Positions 26,675 to 37,261 of a stretch of 64,000 bases of DNA are shown here, one piece after another. This DNA comes from Chthoniobacterales bacterium (GTDB taxonomy: Bacteria; Verrucomicrobiota; Verrucomicrobiia; Chthoniobacterales; UBA10450). The DNA lies in assembly GCA_035556975.1 (NCBI GenBank), contig DATMEN010000004.1, forward strand, positions 239,988 through 303,987. The letters run 5' to 3'. The stretch's first letter is position 1, and every line of letters begins with the position of its first letter. A program made the translations under genes and the position numbers. The notes below the pieces were generated by a model. The model saw only the letters and a program-made list of their open reading frames with translations. It made no database searches and was not told the origin of the DNA.

Positions 26675-28459
26675 ATGAGCCGCATTCGCCTGCTTCCGGA
26701 AATTCTTGCCAGCCAGGTGGCTGCCGGCGAAGTGGTCGAGCGGCCGGCCTCGGTCGTCAAAGAGCTGGTCGAGAACAGCATCGATGCCGGCGCGGGAAAG
26801 ATCGAAGTCAGCATCCGGCGCGGTGGGATCTCGCTCGTTCGCGTCGTCGATGACGGTTGCGGAATGGAGCGCGATGACGCGCTGCTTTCCCTGGAACGGC
26901 ACGCGACCAGCAAGATCCGCACGGCCGCGGACCTGGCGGCGATCGCCACACTTGGCTTTCGGGGCGAAGCGCTCCCGAGCATCGCGAGCGTGTCGCGGTT
27001 CCGCCTGACCACGCGCGAGCCCGCGGCGATTGCCGGCACGGAAATCCTCGTCGCCGGCGGCCGGATCGAAACCGTGCGCGACGGCGGAGAAGCGCCGGGA
27101 ACGCAGGTGGAAGTGCGCTCCATTTTTTACAACTTGCCGGCGCGCCGGAAATTTCTGCGCTCGGAAAATACCGAGAGCCGCAATATCGAGCACCAGCTTC
27201 ACTTGCAGGCGATCGGTCATCCCCGGATCGCTTTCGCTTATGTCCGGGACGACCGGATCGTGTTCCAGCTCCCCGCCGCCGCCAATTTGCTCGAGCGCGT
27301 TCGCGATCTGCACGGCAACGAACTCGTCCAACGCCTCCTCGTCGTGGAGGAGCCCGTCGCCTCCGCCCCGATCCGGATCCGCGGGTTGATCGGACGGGCG
27401 GGCGTAAGCCGCCCCAGCCGCGCCCAGCAACTCGTCTTCGTCAATGGCCGTGCAATTGAAAGCCCGGTCCTCACGGCCGCGCTGCGCGAGGGATATCACA
27501 CCGCGCTAATGAAAGGCCAATTTCCGGTGACGTTTCTCTTTCTCGACCTGGATCCGGCCGCGGTGGACGTGAATGTGCACCCGGCAAAACGCGAAGTTCG
27601 TTTTCGCGATCCCGCCGCGGTGCGCGAAGGGATCGTGAAAGCGATCCGCAAAACGCTCGAAAGCGGACGGGGCGATTGGCAGCAGCAATTTCAGAAGCCG
27701 GTCACGCCTTCTGGCCAACTCCCAGAGCCCACCTCACCGGCGCCGATCGAACAGCGGCAATTCCCCGAGCCCGCGGCATCGCGCGTCATCCCGAGCCCCG
27801 AAAGCGTTCGGGGCGAGGGACCCCGCAAACAACCGGACGCGTTGCCTGCCGAAGAAGCGATCCATCTCGCCGGCTCGTCCCAGCAATTCCAGATCATCGG
27901 GGTCCTGAACAAGCTCTATGTCTTGATGGAGAATCAGGACGGCCTTGTTCTGGTCGACCAGCATGCGGCGCACGAGCGGATCTTGTTTGAAGAATTGCGC
28001 CGGCGCATGGAAGAACAGGGCGTTCCGTCGCAGCGATTGCTCCTGGCCCAAACTTTCGAGCTGGCGCCGCGCGATGCGGAATGGGTGGAGCGCAACGCCG
28101 CGATCCTGCAAAAGATGGGCATTGGCATCGAGCCCTTCGGCCAAAACGCCTTCAAGATCGACAGCCTTCCGACGTTTCTCGACGTCTCCGATCCGGTGAC
28201 TTTCATTCGGAAGGTAATCGACGGCCTCAAGAGCGCGAGCAACGGCAGCTCCCCGCTGCGGTTGGGCGAGGATATGATCGCCAAGACAGTCTGCCGGCAT
28301 GCGGTCAAGGCGAACGATCAGCTCGGTTACCTGGAGGTTGAGAAACTGATCAGCGACTTGCTCGAGTGCGAATTGCCCTACTGCTGTCCGCACGGCCGGC
28401 CGACGATGATCCAGATTTCGCTGGCCGAACTGGAGAAAAAGTTTGGACGGAAAGTGTAG
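26675..28459 (+). CDS. mutL: DNA mismatch repair protein MutL
   Basis: MSRIRLLPEILASQVAAGEVVERPASVVKELVENSIDAGA and the C-terminal CPHGRP. Confidence 0.9.
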   Translation: MSRIRLLPEILASQVAAGEVVERPASVVKELVENSIDAGAGKIEVSIRRGGISLVRVVDDGCGMERDDALLSLERHATSKIRTAADLAAIATLGFRGEALPSIASVSRFRLTTREPAAIAGTEILVAGGRIETVRDGGEAPGTQVEVRSIFYNLPARRKFLRSENTESRNIEHQLHLQAIGHPRIAFAYVRDDRIVFQLPAAANLLERVRDLHGNELVQRLLVVEEPVASAPIRIRGLIGRAGVSRPSRAQQLVFVNGRAIESPVLTAALREGYHTALMKGQFPVTFLFLDLDPAAVDVNVHPAKREVRFRDPAAVREGIVKAIRKTLESGRGDWQQQFQKPVTPSGQLPEPTSPAPIEQRQFPEPAASRVIPSPESVRGEGPRKQPDALPAEEAIHLAGSSQQFQIIGVLNKLYVLMENQDGLVLVDQHAAHERILFEELRRRMEEQGVPSQRLLLAQTFELAPRDAEWVERNAAILQKMGIGIEPFGQNAFKIDSLPTFLDVSDPVTFIRKVIDGLKSASNGSSPLRLGEDMIAKTVCRHAVKANDQLGYLEVEKLISDLLECELPYCCPHGRPTMIQISLAELEKKFGRKV

Positions 28460-28492
28460 CGGTAGCTGCTTTGGCAGGGCGAGGCTGCTTTT

Positions 28493-28561
28493 GGTAGGGC
28501 GAGACTCTGTCGAGCCGCGGGTGAACGCGCGATCCCCGGCTCGACAGAGTCTCGCCCTACC
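28493..28561. terminator. REP-C palindrome between convergent genes
   Basis: GGTAGGGCGAGACTCTGTCGAGCCG cgggtgaacgcgcgatcc CCGGCTCGACAGAGTCTCGCCCTACC, with 25-bp arms. It lies between the mutL stop and the hydrolase stop. Confidence 0.75.
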
Positions 28562-28570
28562 GAGACTGGA

Positions 28571-29644
28571 TCAGCGTTCAACTTTCCAGTGCTTCGCGAT
28601 CAGGGCTTTGATCGGGGCGGTCTGCAAACGGTAGTTTTCCTGTTCGTCATCCGGCACCTCGGGAAACCATTTCCACCAATACATCCCGGCGATGAACGAG
28701 TGTTTGGCTGGCAACCCCAGGGCGATATCGATGCAACGCCCCTGGATTTCCGCCGCGTGGTCGCCGCCAGTCTTGAATCCCCACGGCTCGGCCGCGGCCC
28801 GCGCGCTTTCGTTGTAACCGATCTCGGCAAAAAGAAATTGTTTGCCGTTTTGTTTTGAGAACTTCTCGAGCTCCCGGCACCGCTTGTCCCACGCCGCCAC
28901 GATTTCAACGACACTCGGGTTCGTTGATTTCGACAGGGGGAAGTAAGCGAGCACGCCGATGTAATCGAGCGCATCCCAAAATTTTACCTCGGCATATTCA
29001 TTCCAATTCGCCCCGTAGGTGACTTTCCCTTTATAAACAGCCCGCACGGCCGCGATGATCTTGCGCCAGCGTTCCTCGTACTTCTGCGCGTAAGAGAATT
29101 CGAGCCCGACGCAAAAGATCGCGGCGTGTTCGGCTTCTGCCAGCGTCGCCATTTGCACGATCCAGGCTTCGTAGTCGGCGAAGAAGGTGTCCCATTCCGC
29201 CGGGGTGGCAAAATCGATCTCGCCGCGCCACGAAAACTTCGTGCCCCAGTAAGCGATGTGCGGAATGAGCATGACCGTTATTCCGCGTTCATGGGCCCAG
29301 CGCAGCGGCGTCGTGATGTGGGCGGTGCTGGCGCCCGACCGGCGTCCGGTAATGACGTGTCCGTCCTCGCGGATTTGCGCGTAGGGATGGATGGCAATGC
29401 TGTTCACGCCTAACGACTTCAATTCATCGAGCGCCGCCTTCATTTCCGGCGTCTGCCATTCGATCCCCCACGTCTGGCACGACACGGTCACGCCTTTGAA
29501 AAACGGCAGGGGCGCCGGTGGTTCAGCTGACGAAGTGATCGCTCCGCCGATCATGAGCAACCCGCCAGCCGCCAATGAGGAAAGCGAAGGTGATCGTCTC
29601 ATAAGGAACAGTCCGCGAACCTTAGCCGGGAAACTGTCTCGCAC
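28571..29644 (-). CDS. Putative secreted TIM-barrel glycoside hydrolase-like protein
   Basis: Signal-like N-terminus. It shows an alternating beta/alpha pattern with candidate catalytic Glu motifs (VGLEF, FAEIGY). The family is not firmly recognised. Confidence 0.45.
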   Translation of the reverse strand: MRDSFPAKVRGLFLMRRSPSLSSLAAGGLLMIGGAITSSAEPPAPLPFFKGVTVSCQTWGIEWQTPEMKAALDELKSLGVNSIAIHPYAQIREDGHVITGRRSGASTAHITTPLRWAHERGITVMLIPHIAYWGTKFSWRGEIDFATPAEWDTFFADYEAWIVQMATLAEAEHAAIFCVGLEFSYAQKYEERWRKIIAAVRAVYKGKVTYGANWNEYAEVKFWDALDYIGVLAYFPLSKSTNPSVVEIVAAWDKRCRELEKFSKQNGKQFLFAEIGYNESARAAAEPWGFKTGGDHAAEIQGRCIDIALGLPAKHSFIAGMYWWKWFPEVPDDEQENYRLQTAPIKALIAKHWKVER

Positions 29645-29741
29645 AAAGCAGCGGGGTTCTTCTTGTGCGGAAGATGGCCTTCGCTGATTGGTCCCGGCAG
29701 AAAGTTGAGACGGTGAGCCGTGCTGGCCGTCCCGCCGAATT

Positions 29742-30608
29742 ATGAATGATTATCTTATTTCCGTCCTGCTCGGGGTTGTCGAAGGTCTGACTGAATTCCT
29801 CCCGATCAGCTCGACAGCCCACCTGCGGGTCGTCGAAGCGCTTCTCCATCTCGATCTGCGCGACAGTTTTTGGAAAATGTACACGATCGTGATTCAGCTC
29901 GGCGCGATTCTGGCGTTGCCGGTCTATTTTCGAGGAGCCATCGCGCAATTTCTTTCCACCTTTCCCAGGGGGGCACGAGGAGACCGCACTGTTTTCACGC
30001 ATCCGCTGAGCCTCACGCTCATCGCTTTTGTCATCACCGCCATCCCGACGTGGCTGCTGAAAAAGCAGATCGGCCAGAACCTGGAGAGCCTGACGGTGAT
30101 GGGATGGTCCATTCTCCTCGGGGGCGTGATCATGTGGATCGTGGATGCCGTTTTTTCGCGGCCGCGAACGGCCAAGATGGAAGAAATGAGTTTGATCCAG
30201 GCGGCATGGATCGGGGCGGCGCAGATTCTTTCCGCGGTGTTCCCCGGCACTTCGCGCTCCATGTGCACGATCGCCGCGGGCCAAACCGTGGGATTGTCCC
30301 GAGCCGCGGCCCTGGAATTTTCGTTTTTCCTGTCGATGCCGACGATGGCCGTGGCGACCGGCTACGATTTGCTCAAGACAATCCTGCCGCATCGCGGCGC
30401 AACAGACGCCGGCCTGGCCCCCCTCGCGATGGATGCCCACCGATGGATCGTTCTCGGGATCGGCTTTGCCGTGTCCTTCGTCGTCGCGCTCGGTGTCGTC
30501 GCCTGGTTCATGCGCTGGGTGCGCGCCCGCGGTTTCGTTCCGTTTGCCGTTTACCGAATCGTGCTGGGGATCGGCTTGCTTGCGGCAATTGCCCTGGGTT
30601 GGATCTAG
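29742..30608 (+). CDS. uppP: Undecaprenyl-diphosphate phosphatase
   Basis: GVVEGLTEFLPISSTAHL and FPGTSRS. Confidence 0.9.
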   Translation: MNDYLISVLLGVVEGLTEFLPISSTAHLRVVEALLHLDLRDSFWKMYTIVIQLGAILALPVYFRGAIAQFLSTFPRGARGDRTVFTHPLSLTLIAFVITAIPTWLLKKQIGQNLESLTVMGWSILLGGVIMWIVDAVFSRPRTAKMEEMSLIQAAWIGAAQILSAVFPGTSRSMCTIAAGQTVGLSRAAALEFSFFLSMPTMAVATGYDLLKTILPHRGATDAGLAPLAMDAHRWIVLGIGFAVSFVVALGVVAWFMRWVRARGFVPFAVYRIVLGIGLLAAIALGWI

Positions 30609-30704
30609 GCGAAAAGGGGAGTCGGAGCCCTCCCGTAAGTTTCGGAAAAAATCGGAAGGGAGCGCTTGCCAGGGGAGAGCGAAAAGTCTAAAAAGGACGC
30701 TCCC

Positions 30705-32813
30705 ATGCTCCGAGCGCTTCCGACCGCCCTGTTCCTTTCGCTGTTTTTTCTCGCGCAAGTTCGGGGCCAGGACGTGTTCGTGCCCCGCGAATTGAAGGCA
30801 ATTCCGGTGACACAATCCGACAGGGAGCGCCCGTCTGAAGCTCCCGTGCCGAAGGCCCTTCCCGTGGACGAACCCGCCCCAGTGCGATCGACGAAGGCGC
30901 CGGCAAAGGAGCCAGCGGCGAAAAATCAACCAGCTAAGGCAGAAGCCGTAAAGCCGGCGGAGGTCAAGGAACCCACGGCGAAAACGAGTTCGGAGAAAGT
31001 CCGATCAGTAAAAACCGAGCCGGTAAAAGAACCCGCGGCGAAACCTGTTTCGGAGAAGGTCCAGTCGGTGAAAGCGGAGTCGGTAAAGGCACCGCCAGCG
31101 AAGGAGCCCGCGCCGGAGCCTTCGGAGAAAGTCCGGTCAGTAAAAACCGAGCCGGCAAAAGAACCCACGGCGAAGCCTGTTTCGGAGAAGGTCCAGTCGG
31201 TGAAAGCGGAGCCCGTAAAGGCACCGCCAGCGAAGGAGCCCGCGCCGGAGCCTTCGGAGAAAGTCAGGTCAGTAAAGGCCGAGCCGGTGAAAGAACCCGC
31301 AGCGAAACCGGTTTCGGAGAAGGTCCAGTCGGTGAAAACGGAGCCGGTAAAGGCACCGCCCGTGAAGGAACCCGCGGCGAAACCGAATTCGGAAAAAGTC
31401 CAATCCGTGAAAGCCGAGCCGGCGAAAGCGCCATCGGTGAAAGAACCAGCGGTGGAAGCGCCTTCGGAGAAAGCCCGGTCGGCGAAGGCCGAGCCAATAA
31501 AGGCGGTGAAGCCGACTTTGGAAATAGTCCAGTCGGTGAAGACGGAATCGGCGAAGGCACCGCCAGCAAAAGAACCCGCGGCGAAACCGAGTTCGGACAA
31601 GCTCCAGTCGGTGAAAGCCGAGCCGGCAAAGGCACCGCCGGTGAAAGAACCTGCGGCGGAACCTTCGGAGAAAGTTCGATCGGTGAAGGCCGAGCCGAAG
31701 AAGGCGGTGAAGCCGACTTTGGAAATCGTCCAATCGGAGAAAGTCGAGCCGGCAAAAGAACCCGCGGCCAAACCGAGCTCGGAAAAAATCCAATCGGTAA
31801 AAACCGAGCCGGTCAAGGCACCCCCGGTAAAAAAACCAGCAGTCGAGGCGCCTTCGGAGAAAGTCCGGTCGGTGAAGGCCGAACCAGGGAAAGCGCCACC
31901 AGTGAAAGAACCCGCGGTGAAGCCGGCTTCGGAGAAAGTGCAGTCGGTTAAGGTCGAGCCGGTGAAGGAGCCCGCCACGAAGCCCAACTCTGAGAAAATC
32001 CAGTCGGTCAAGACGCCTTCGGTTGAACCGGTAAAGGTAGCATCGGTGACCGAACCACCGGCGAAACTGCAGTCCATAAAAATCCAGCCGGTCAAGATCG
32101 AACAAGTGAAGATGCCCTCGGTGCAAGAAACCGTAAACGTTCAGCTAACGAACGGGCCGATGGAAACAGCCTCCACCAAGCTCGCGGATGGTTTCGATTT
32201 CCCGGTAGGCAAACCGGACGCCCAGGGCTACTACAAGGCCCGCGGATTCCGTTCGGGCGGCCATATGGGTGAAGACTGGGATGGCGTGGGCGGCGGCGAC
32301 ACGGACCTCAAAGATCCGATTTACAGCATCGGCGATGGGATTGTGGTCTTCGCGCGCGATGTGCACCTGGGCTGGGGAAATGTGGTGATCGTGCGTCACG
32401 CCTATAAGGAAAATGGCACCGTGAAACATATCGACGCGCTCTACGGTCACTTGCATTCAATCCTGGTGAAGCGAGGCCAAAGGGTGGCGCGGGGACAACA
32501 GGTCGGGACGATGGGGACGGCCCATGGCCAATACGATGCGCATCTGCATTTGGAGATTCGCAAGAATATCGAGATCGGAATGAGCCGGGCGAAATTTCAG
32601 AAAAACCTGAGCAACTACCACGATCCGACCCAATTCATCGCTTCACACCGGCGTCTCTCTGGCGGCGGAGCCAGTTTTCAAGTGGCGATGAACACGTTTA
32701 CGCATGACGCCGCGCGCCGCTTCGATAACGCGCCAAATTATTCCGCGCGAAAACGCAGCACCGCGCAGTCTTCGGCTGCGCTAAGACGAGCGGTCTCCAG
32801 CGCGACTCGTTAG
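30705..32813 (+). CDS. Secreted M23 metallopeptidase with a long K/P/E-rich tandem-repeat region
   Basis: Signal peptide MLRALPTALFLSLFFLAQVRG. The C-terminus has GGHMGEDWD, LYGHL and HLHLEIR (M23 motifs). Confidence 0.8.
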   Translation: MLRALPTALFLSLFFLAQVRGQDVFVPRELKAIPVTQSDRERPSEAPVPKALPVDEPAPVRSTKAPAKEPAAKNQPAKAEAVKPAEVKEPTAKTSSEKVRSVKTEPVKEPAAKPVSEKVQSVKAESVKAPPAKEPAPEPSEKVRSVKTEPAKEPTAKPVSEKVQSVKAEPVKAPPAKEPAPEPSEKVRSVKAEPVKEPAAKPVSEKVQSVKTEPVKAPPVKEPAAKPNSEKVQSVKAEPAKAPSVKEPAVEAPSEKARSAKAEPIKAVKPTLEIVQSVKTESAKAPPAKEPAAKPSSDKLQSVKAEPAKAPPVKEPAAEPSEKVRSVKAEPKKAVKPTLEIVQSEKVEPAKEPAAKPSSEKIQSVKTEPVKAPPVKKPAVEAPSEKVRSVKAEPGKAPPVKEPAVKPASEKVQSVKVEPVKEPATKPNSEKIQSVKTPSVEPVKVASVTEPPAKLQSIKIQPVKIEQVKMPSVQETVNVQLTNGPMETASTKLADGFDFPVGKPDAQGYYKARGFRSGGHMGEDWDGVGGGDTDLKDPIYSIGDGIVVFARDVHLGWGNVVIVRHAYKENGTVKHIDALYGHLHSILVKRGQRVARGQQVGTMGTAHGQYDAHLHLEIRKNIEIGMSRAKFQKNLSNYHDPTQFIASHRRLSGGGASFQVAMNTFTHDAARRFDNAPNYSARKRSTAQSSAALRRAVSSATR
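30990..32045 (+). repeat. About 16 tandem copies of a ~60-69-bp coding repeat (SEKVQSVKxEPxKxPPxKEPAxxP)
   Basis: 16 occurrences of the SEK(V/I/A)(Q/R)S or LEIVQS motif were counted in the translation. The 389-aa minus-strand ORF here is a repeat artefact. Confidence 0.85.
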
Positions 32814-32821
32814 CGGACGGA

Positions 32822-32843
32822 GGCGTTCGCCGCGGCGAACGCC
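32822..32843. terminator. Perfect 22-nt GC-rich palindrome after the M23 gene
   Basis: GGCGTTCGCCGCGGCGAACGCC, 9 nt after the stop. No U-tract follows. Confidence 0.4.
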
Positions 32844-32891
32844 CTGCAATTGCGTCAAGAACGCCGGCCTGCGTGAATCGTCGGGCGTTTT

Positions 32892-33044
32892 CTACAACCG
32901 CCCCGTGAGCGCCAGAATCAGGACGATCAGCAGAATCAGGCCGATCCCACCGAACGGATAGTAGCCCCATCCGGAACTGTAACCCCAACCGGGAAAAGCT
33001 CCGATGAGGAGCAGAATGAGGATAATGAGGAGGATATTGCGCAT
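32892..33044 (-). CDS. DUF3309-like small membrane protein (50 aa)
   Basis: Own translation: MRNILLIILILLLIGAFPGWGYSSGWGYYPFGGIGLILLIVLILALTGRL*. It is below the ORF-track cutoff. Confidence 0.65.
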   Translation of the reverse strand: MRNILLIILILLLIGAFPGWGYSSGWGYYPFGGIGLILLIVLILALTGRL

Positions 33045-33096
33045 ATGGCCGAGCGTAGGGCGACGGGCTGCCGCCTGACAATGCTTTTTTTACATT

Positions 33097-33196
33097 CTCT
33101 TGTTCCTGATCTTGATCTTGCTCCTGATCCTCTCAACTGGCGGTCCGGCCGACTGAGAGCAAGAGCAAGATCAGGAGCAAGAGCAGGATCAGAAGG
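33097..33196. repeat. HEX-F hexamer-periodic hairpin
   Basis: Left arm CTCTTG TTCCTG ATCTTG ATCTTG CTCCTG ATCCTC and right arm GAGAGC AAGAGC AAGATC AGGAGC AAGAGC AGGATC. There is a ~20-bp stem in the best register. It lies in a divergent intergenic region. Confidence 0.7.
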
Positions 33197-33201
33197 CGTA
33201 A

Positions 33202-34575
<1,374 letters not shown>

Positions 34576-34582
34576 CCAAAGT

Positions 34583-35302
34583 ATGGCGGCAGCTGCCAAA
34601 TTAGTCCCTCGCCACATCGCGATCATCATGGACGGCAACGGCCGCTGGGCGCGAAACCGCGGCCTGCCCCGCATCAAAGGCCACGAAAAAGGCGCCGATG
34701 CGGTGCGGGCCTGCGTGGAGGCTTGCGGCGAACTGAAGGTCGAGTTCCTGACCCTTTACGCCTTTTCGGCGGAGAACTGGCAGCGGCCGAAGACGGAGGT
34801 CTTTGCCCTGATGCGGCTCCTCGAGCGTTTTCTGAAAGAGAAGACCCCGGAGTTATTGGAGAAAAACGTCCGGCTCCAGGCGATTGGGCGTTTGACCGAC
34901 CTGCCGGAGCGCTGCCAAAAACAGCTGCACGATTCGATCGAACGCACGGCGGGGAACACGGGATTGACCCTGATCCTCGCGCTGAGTTACGGAGGCCGGC
35001 TGGAGATCATCGATGGAATCAAGAGCCTGCTCCGCCAGATCGATTCGGGCCACATCGATCGGGCCATGATCGACGTCGACATGTTCAGCAAACATCTCTA
35101 CACGCGTTATTACCCCGACCCGGACCTGCTCGTCCGCACCTCAGGCGAAATGCGCCTGTCGAATTTTCTTCTCTGGCAACTTTCCTACACGGAGATGTAC
35201 GTGACGCCCAAGCTTTGGCCGGATTTTACCAAGAAGGATCTTTTCGACGCGGTGGAAGACTTTGGGCGGCGCAACCGGCGCTACGGCGCGGTCGAGCTGT
35301 AA
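34583..35302 (+). CDS. uppS: Isoprenyl transferase (undecaprenyl diphosphate synthase)
   Basis: HIAIIMDGNGRWA and RTSGEMRLSNFLLWQ. Confidence 0.9.
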   Translation: MAAAAKLVPRHIAIIMDGNGRWARNRGLPRIKGHEKGADAVRACVEACGELKVEFLTLYAFSAENWQRPKTEVFALMRLLERFLKEKTPELLEKNVRLQAIGRLTDLPERCQKQLHDSIERTAGNTGLTLILALSYGGRLEIIDGIKSLLRQIDSGHIDRAMIDVDMFSKHLYTRYYPDPDLLVRTSGEMRLSNFLLWQLSYTEMYVTPKLWPDFTKKDLFDAVEDFGRRNRRYGAVEL

Positions 35303-35322
35303 TTGCCGGCGGTAATCTCCCT

Positions 35323-35347
35323 CGTTCCGAAGTTGCACTTCGGAACG
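35323..35347. repeat. REP-E hairpin (a degenerate second copy follows to about 35378)
   Basis: CGTTCCGAAGT tgc ACTTCGGAACG, an 11-bp stem. Confidence 0.85.
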
Positions 35348-35380
35348 CATACGTCTGTTCCCGCAGTTGCACTGCCTCGC

Positions 35381-35914
35381 TTACCTCCAAGGATCGCTCC
35401 GTATAGCAATCGTCGCGCCCGGTAACCATTCATGCGCGGATGAATATCTCCAGTGTTCTGGCGACGCGACCAACCCGCGCTTGACTGGGTTGTTGTGCAA
35501 ATATTCCAACTTCTGAAGCATGATCTCATCGCTCATGATCGCCTGCGGATGCGATCCTTCCTGCCAGACTTGGTGCTCGCTCTCAGTCTTGTGCGGCGCC
35601 CGCTGATCGCGCAACTGGCGCAGGAGCCAATCGCAGTGTTCGGCTTTGAGTTGTTCGATTATGCGCCGGGCGGTGTGGCGCTTTAGGTCGGCAAGAACTC
35701 GGGCAAGCTCCGGCGCGGCGACGACAGCGTGGAGGTGCGTATCGAGGATGACCCAGGCGTAAAGCTTGAGAGCTTTATGCTGCCGGCAATATTCGAAGGC
35801 ATCGACCAAAATATCGCAGCGCGCGGCGGTGGTGAAGATGGGAAGCCAGGCGACTGTTGTGGCGGTGATGAAGTGGGATTGATCGCGCTCGAGGATTCGG
35901 TAGCGGTTGCGCAT
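35381..35914 (-). CDS. REP-associated tyrosine transposase (IS200/IS605 Y1 family-like)
   Basis: 177 aa. HFITATTVAWLPIF, HUH motif LDTHLHAVV, and the catalytic Tyr region LEYLHNNPVKRGLV. Confidence 0.8.
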   Translation of the reverse strand: MRNRYRILERDQSHFITATTVAWLPIFTTAARCDILVDAFEYCRQHKALKLYAWVILDTHLHAVVAAPELARVLADLKRHTARRIIEQLKAEHCDWLLRQLRDQRAPHKTESEHQVWQEGSHPQAIMSDEIMLQKLEYLHNNPVKRGLVASPEHWRYSSAHEWLPGATIAIRSDPWR

Positions 35915-35962
35915 GGGGGAGGCTTCGGGGGTTTAGGTCTAGAACGAATGATAGCGGATGGG

Positions 35963-36016
35963 CGTTCCCAAGTTCAACTTGGGAACGAGGAGAGTGAATG
36001 ATTGGGAACGAGGAGA
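35963..36016. repeat. REP-E hairpin plus partial second copy
   Basis: CGTTCCCAAGTTCAACTTGGGAACG AGGAGAG tgaatga TTGGGAACGAGGAGAG. Confidence 0.85.
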
Positions 36017-36074
36017 GTGTGCGGGGCGGTCGTGCTGTAGCCGCGCATCAAGGAGCGTCCTTTCGTTTGATGCG

Positions 36075-37250
36075 TCAAACAAACGCCGCCGCCACGGAGT
36101 CGGCCAGCAATTTTCCCTGGCGCGTCAGGACAAGATTTCCATCAGCTTCCTTCAGCAGACCAAGCTCCTCGAATTCGTGGCGTTCCTCAGGCCATGGATC
36201 TAACTCCGCTGAGGCAATCCCGCTTCCCGTCCGCAAAGACAACGCAATCCGCTCGGACCGTTTTATCTGAGACGTGAGAACTTCGGTGGATGCTACAGCC
36301 GTGGTCCCAGCAAGAACGCGGTTGGTATACTCGCGGTAATCCGAAATATTCTGGCATCGCTCCAAACCCACCGTGGAAAATGCGCTTGGCCCAATCCCCA
36401 GGTAATCCTCGCCCGCCCAATATCCGCGATTGTGCGCGGAGGCGTATCCGGCGCGCGCATAGTTTGAGATTTCGTAATGCTCGAAGCCGGCGCTCTCGAG
36501 CATTTCCATGGCGCTCTCGAGAAACCTCGCATCGGAGTCGGGATCTTCGCGGAATTCGCCGCGGGCCTGTCGCGCGAAGAATTCCGTGTCTTCCTCGTAG
36601 GTGAGGCAGTAGGTCGAGATGTGCTCGGGCCCAAGCGCGATGGTTTTCCGGAGCGTGGCTTCCCACGCCGCCAACGTCTGCCCGGGGAGACCGAACATCA
36701 GGTCGATGTTCACATTGGCGAAACCAGCGTCGCGCAAGATTTGGAATGACGCTTCAGCCTGGGCGGCGTTGTGTTCCCGGCCCAGCAGCGTGAGTAATTC
36801 GTCATCCCAGGATTGAACGCCGAGGCTGATGCGATCGACGCCCACGCTTCGAAGCACGGCAGCTTTGCGCGGCGAAACGCTGCCCGGATTTGCTTCCACG
36901 GCCCACTCCCGCAACGCGGACAGGTCCAGCCGATCCCGAAAACCGCCCAGAAGATGTTGGAGCTGCGTGGTAGTCAGAGCGGTGGGTGTGCCGCCTCCGA
37001 CGAAGAGGGTCTCTGGCTCAACGTGCAACCGGGTGCGCTGCTCATCCAGCTCAGCCAGGAGCGCTTCGCAGAAGCGTTGCGTTTGCGAGCTGTCAGCGCG
37101 CTCTTTATAAAAGGCGCAGTAAGGGCAAATCCGCGCGCAGAATGGAATGTGGACGTAGAGGTGCCGGACGGCCTCGGCCGTCGGAATGCCTGCCCCGAGA
37201 GTTTTTCGGGGTTGGACGTTCCCCTGTTCCCTCATAAAGTCCGTCTCCAC
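36075..37250 (-). CDS. hemW: Radical SAM heme chaperone HemW-like (oxygen-independent coproporphyrinogen oxidase family)
   Basis: YVHIPFCARICPYCAFY (CxxxCxxC) and the HemN_C-like tail. Confidence 0.8.
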   Translation of the reverse strand: METDFMREQGNVQPRKTLGAGIPTAEAVRHLYVHIPFCARICPYCAFYKERADSSQTQRFCEALLAELDEQRTRLHVEPETLFVGGGTPTALTTTQLQHLLGGFRDRLDLSALREWAVEANPGSVSPRKAAVLRSVGVDRISLGVQSWDDELLTLLGREHNAAQAEASFQILRDAGFANVNIDLMFGLPGQTLAAWEATLRKTIALGPEHISTYCLTYEEDTEFFARQARGEFREDPDSDARFLESAMEMLESAGFEHYEISNYARAGYASAHNRGYWAGEDYLGIGPSAFSTVGLERCQNISDYREYTNRVLAGTTAVASTEVLTSQIKRSERIALSLRTGSGIASAELDPWPEERHEFEELGLLKEADGNLVLTRQGKLLADSVAAAFV

Positions 37251-37261
37251 CGCTCAATATC

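Larger units (their letters stand above)
35319..36016 (-). mobile_element. Second RAYT gene bracketed by inverted REP-E hairpins
   Basis: TCTCCCTCGTTCCGAAGTTGCACTTCGGAACG lies on the left. The reverse complement of the right copy reads CTCTCCTCGTTCCCAAGTTGAACTTGGGAACG. Confidence 0.8.

Noticed and set aside
30926-32095. 389-aa minus-strand ORF (FTGS/FSE repeats)
   Set aside because: It is an artefact of the tandem coding repeats in the M23 peptidase gene. The periodic sequence stays open on the opposite strand.
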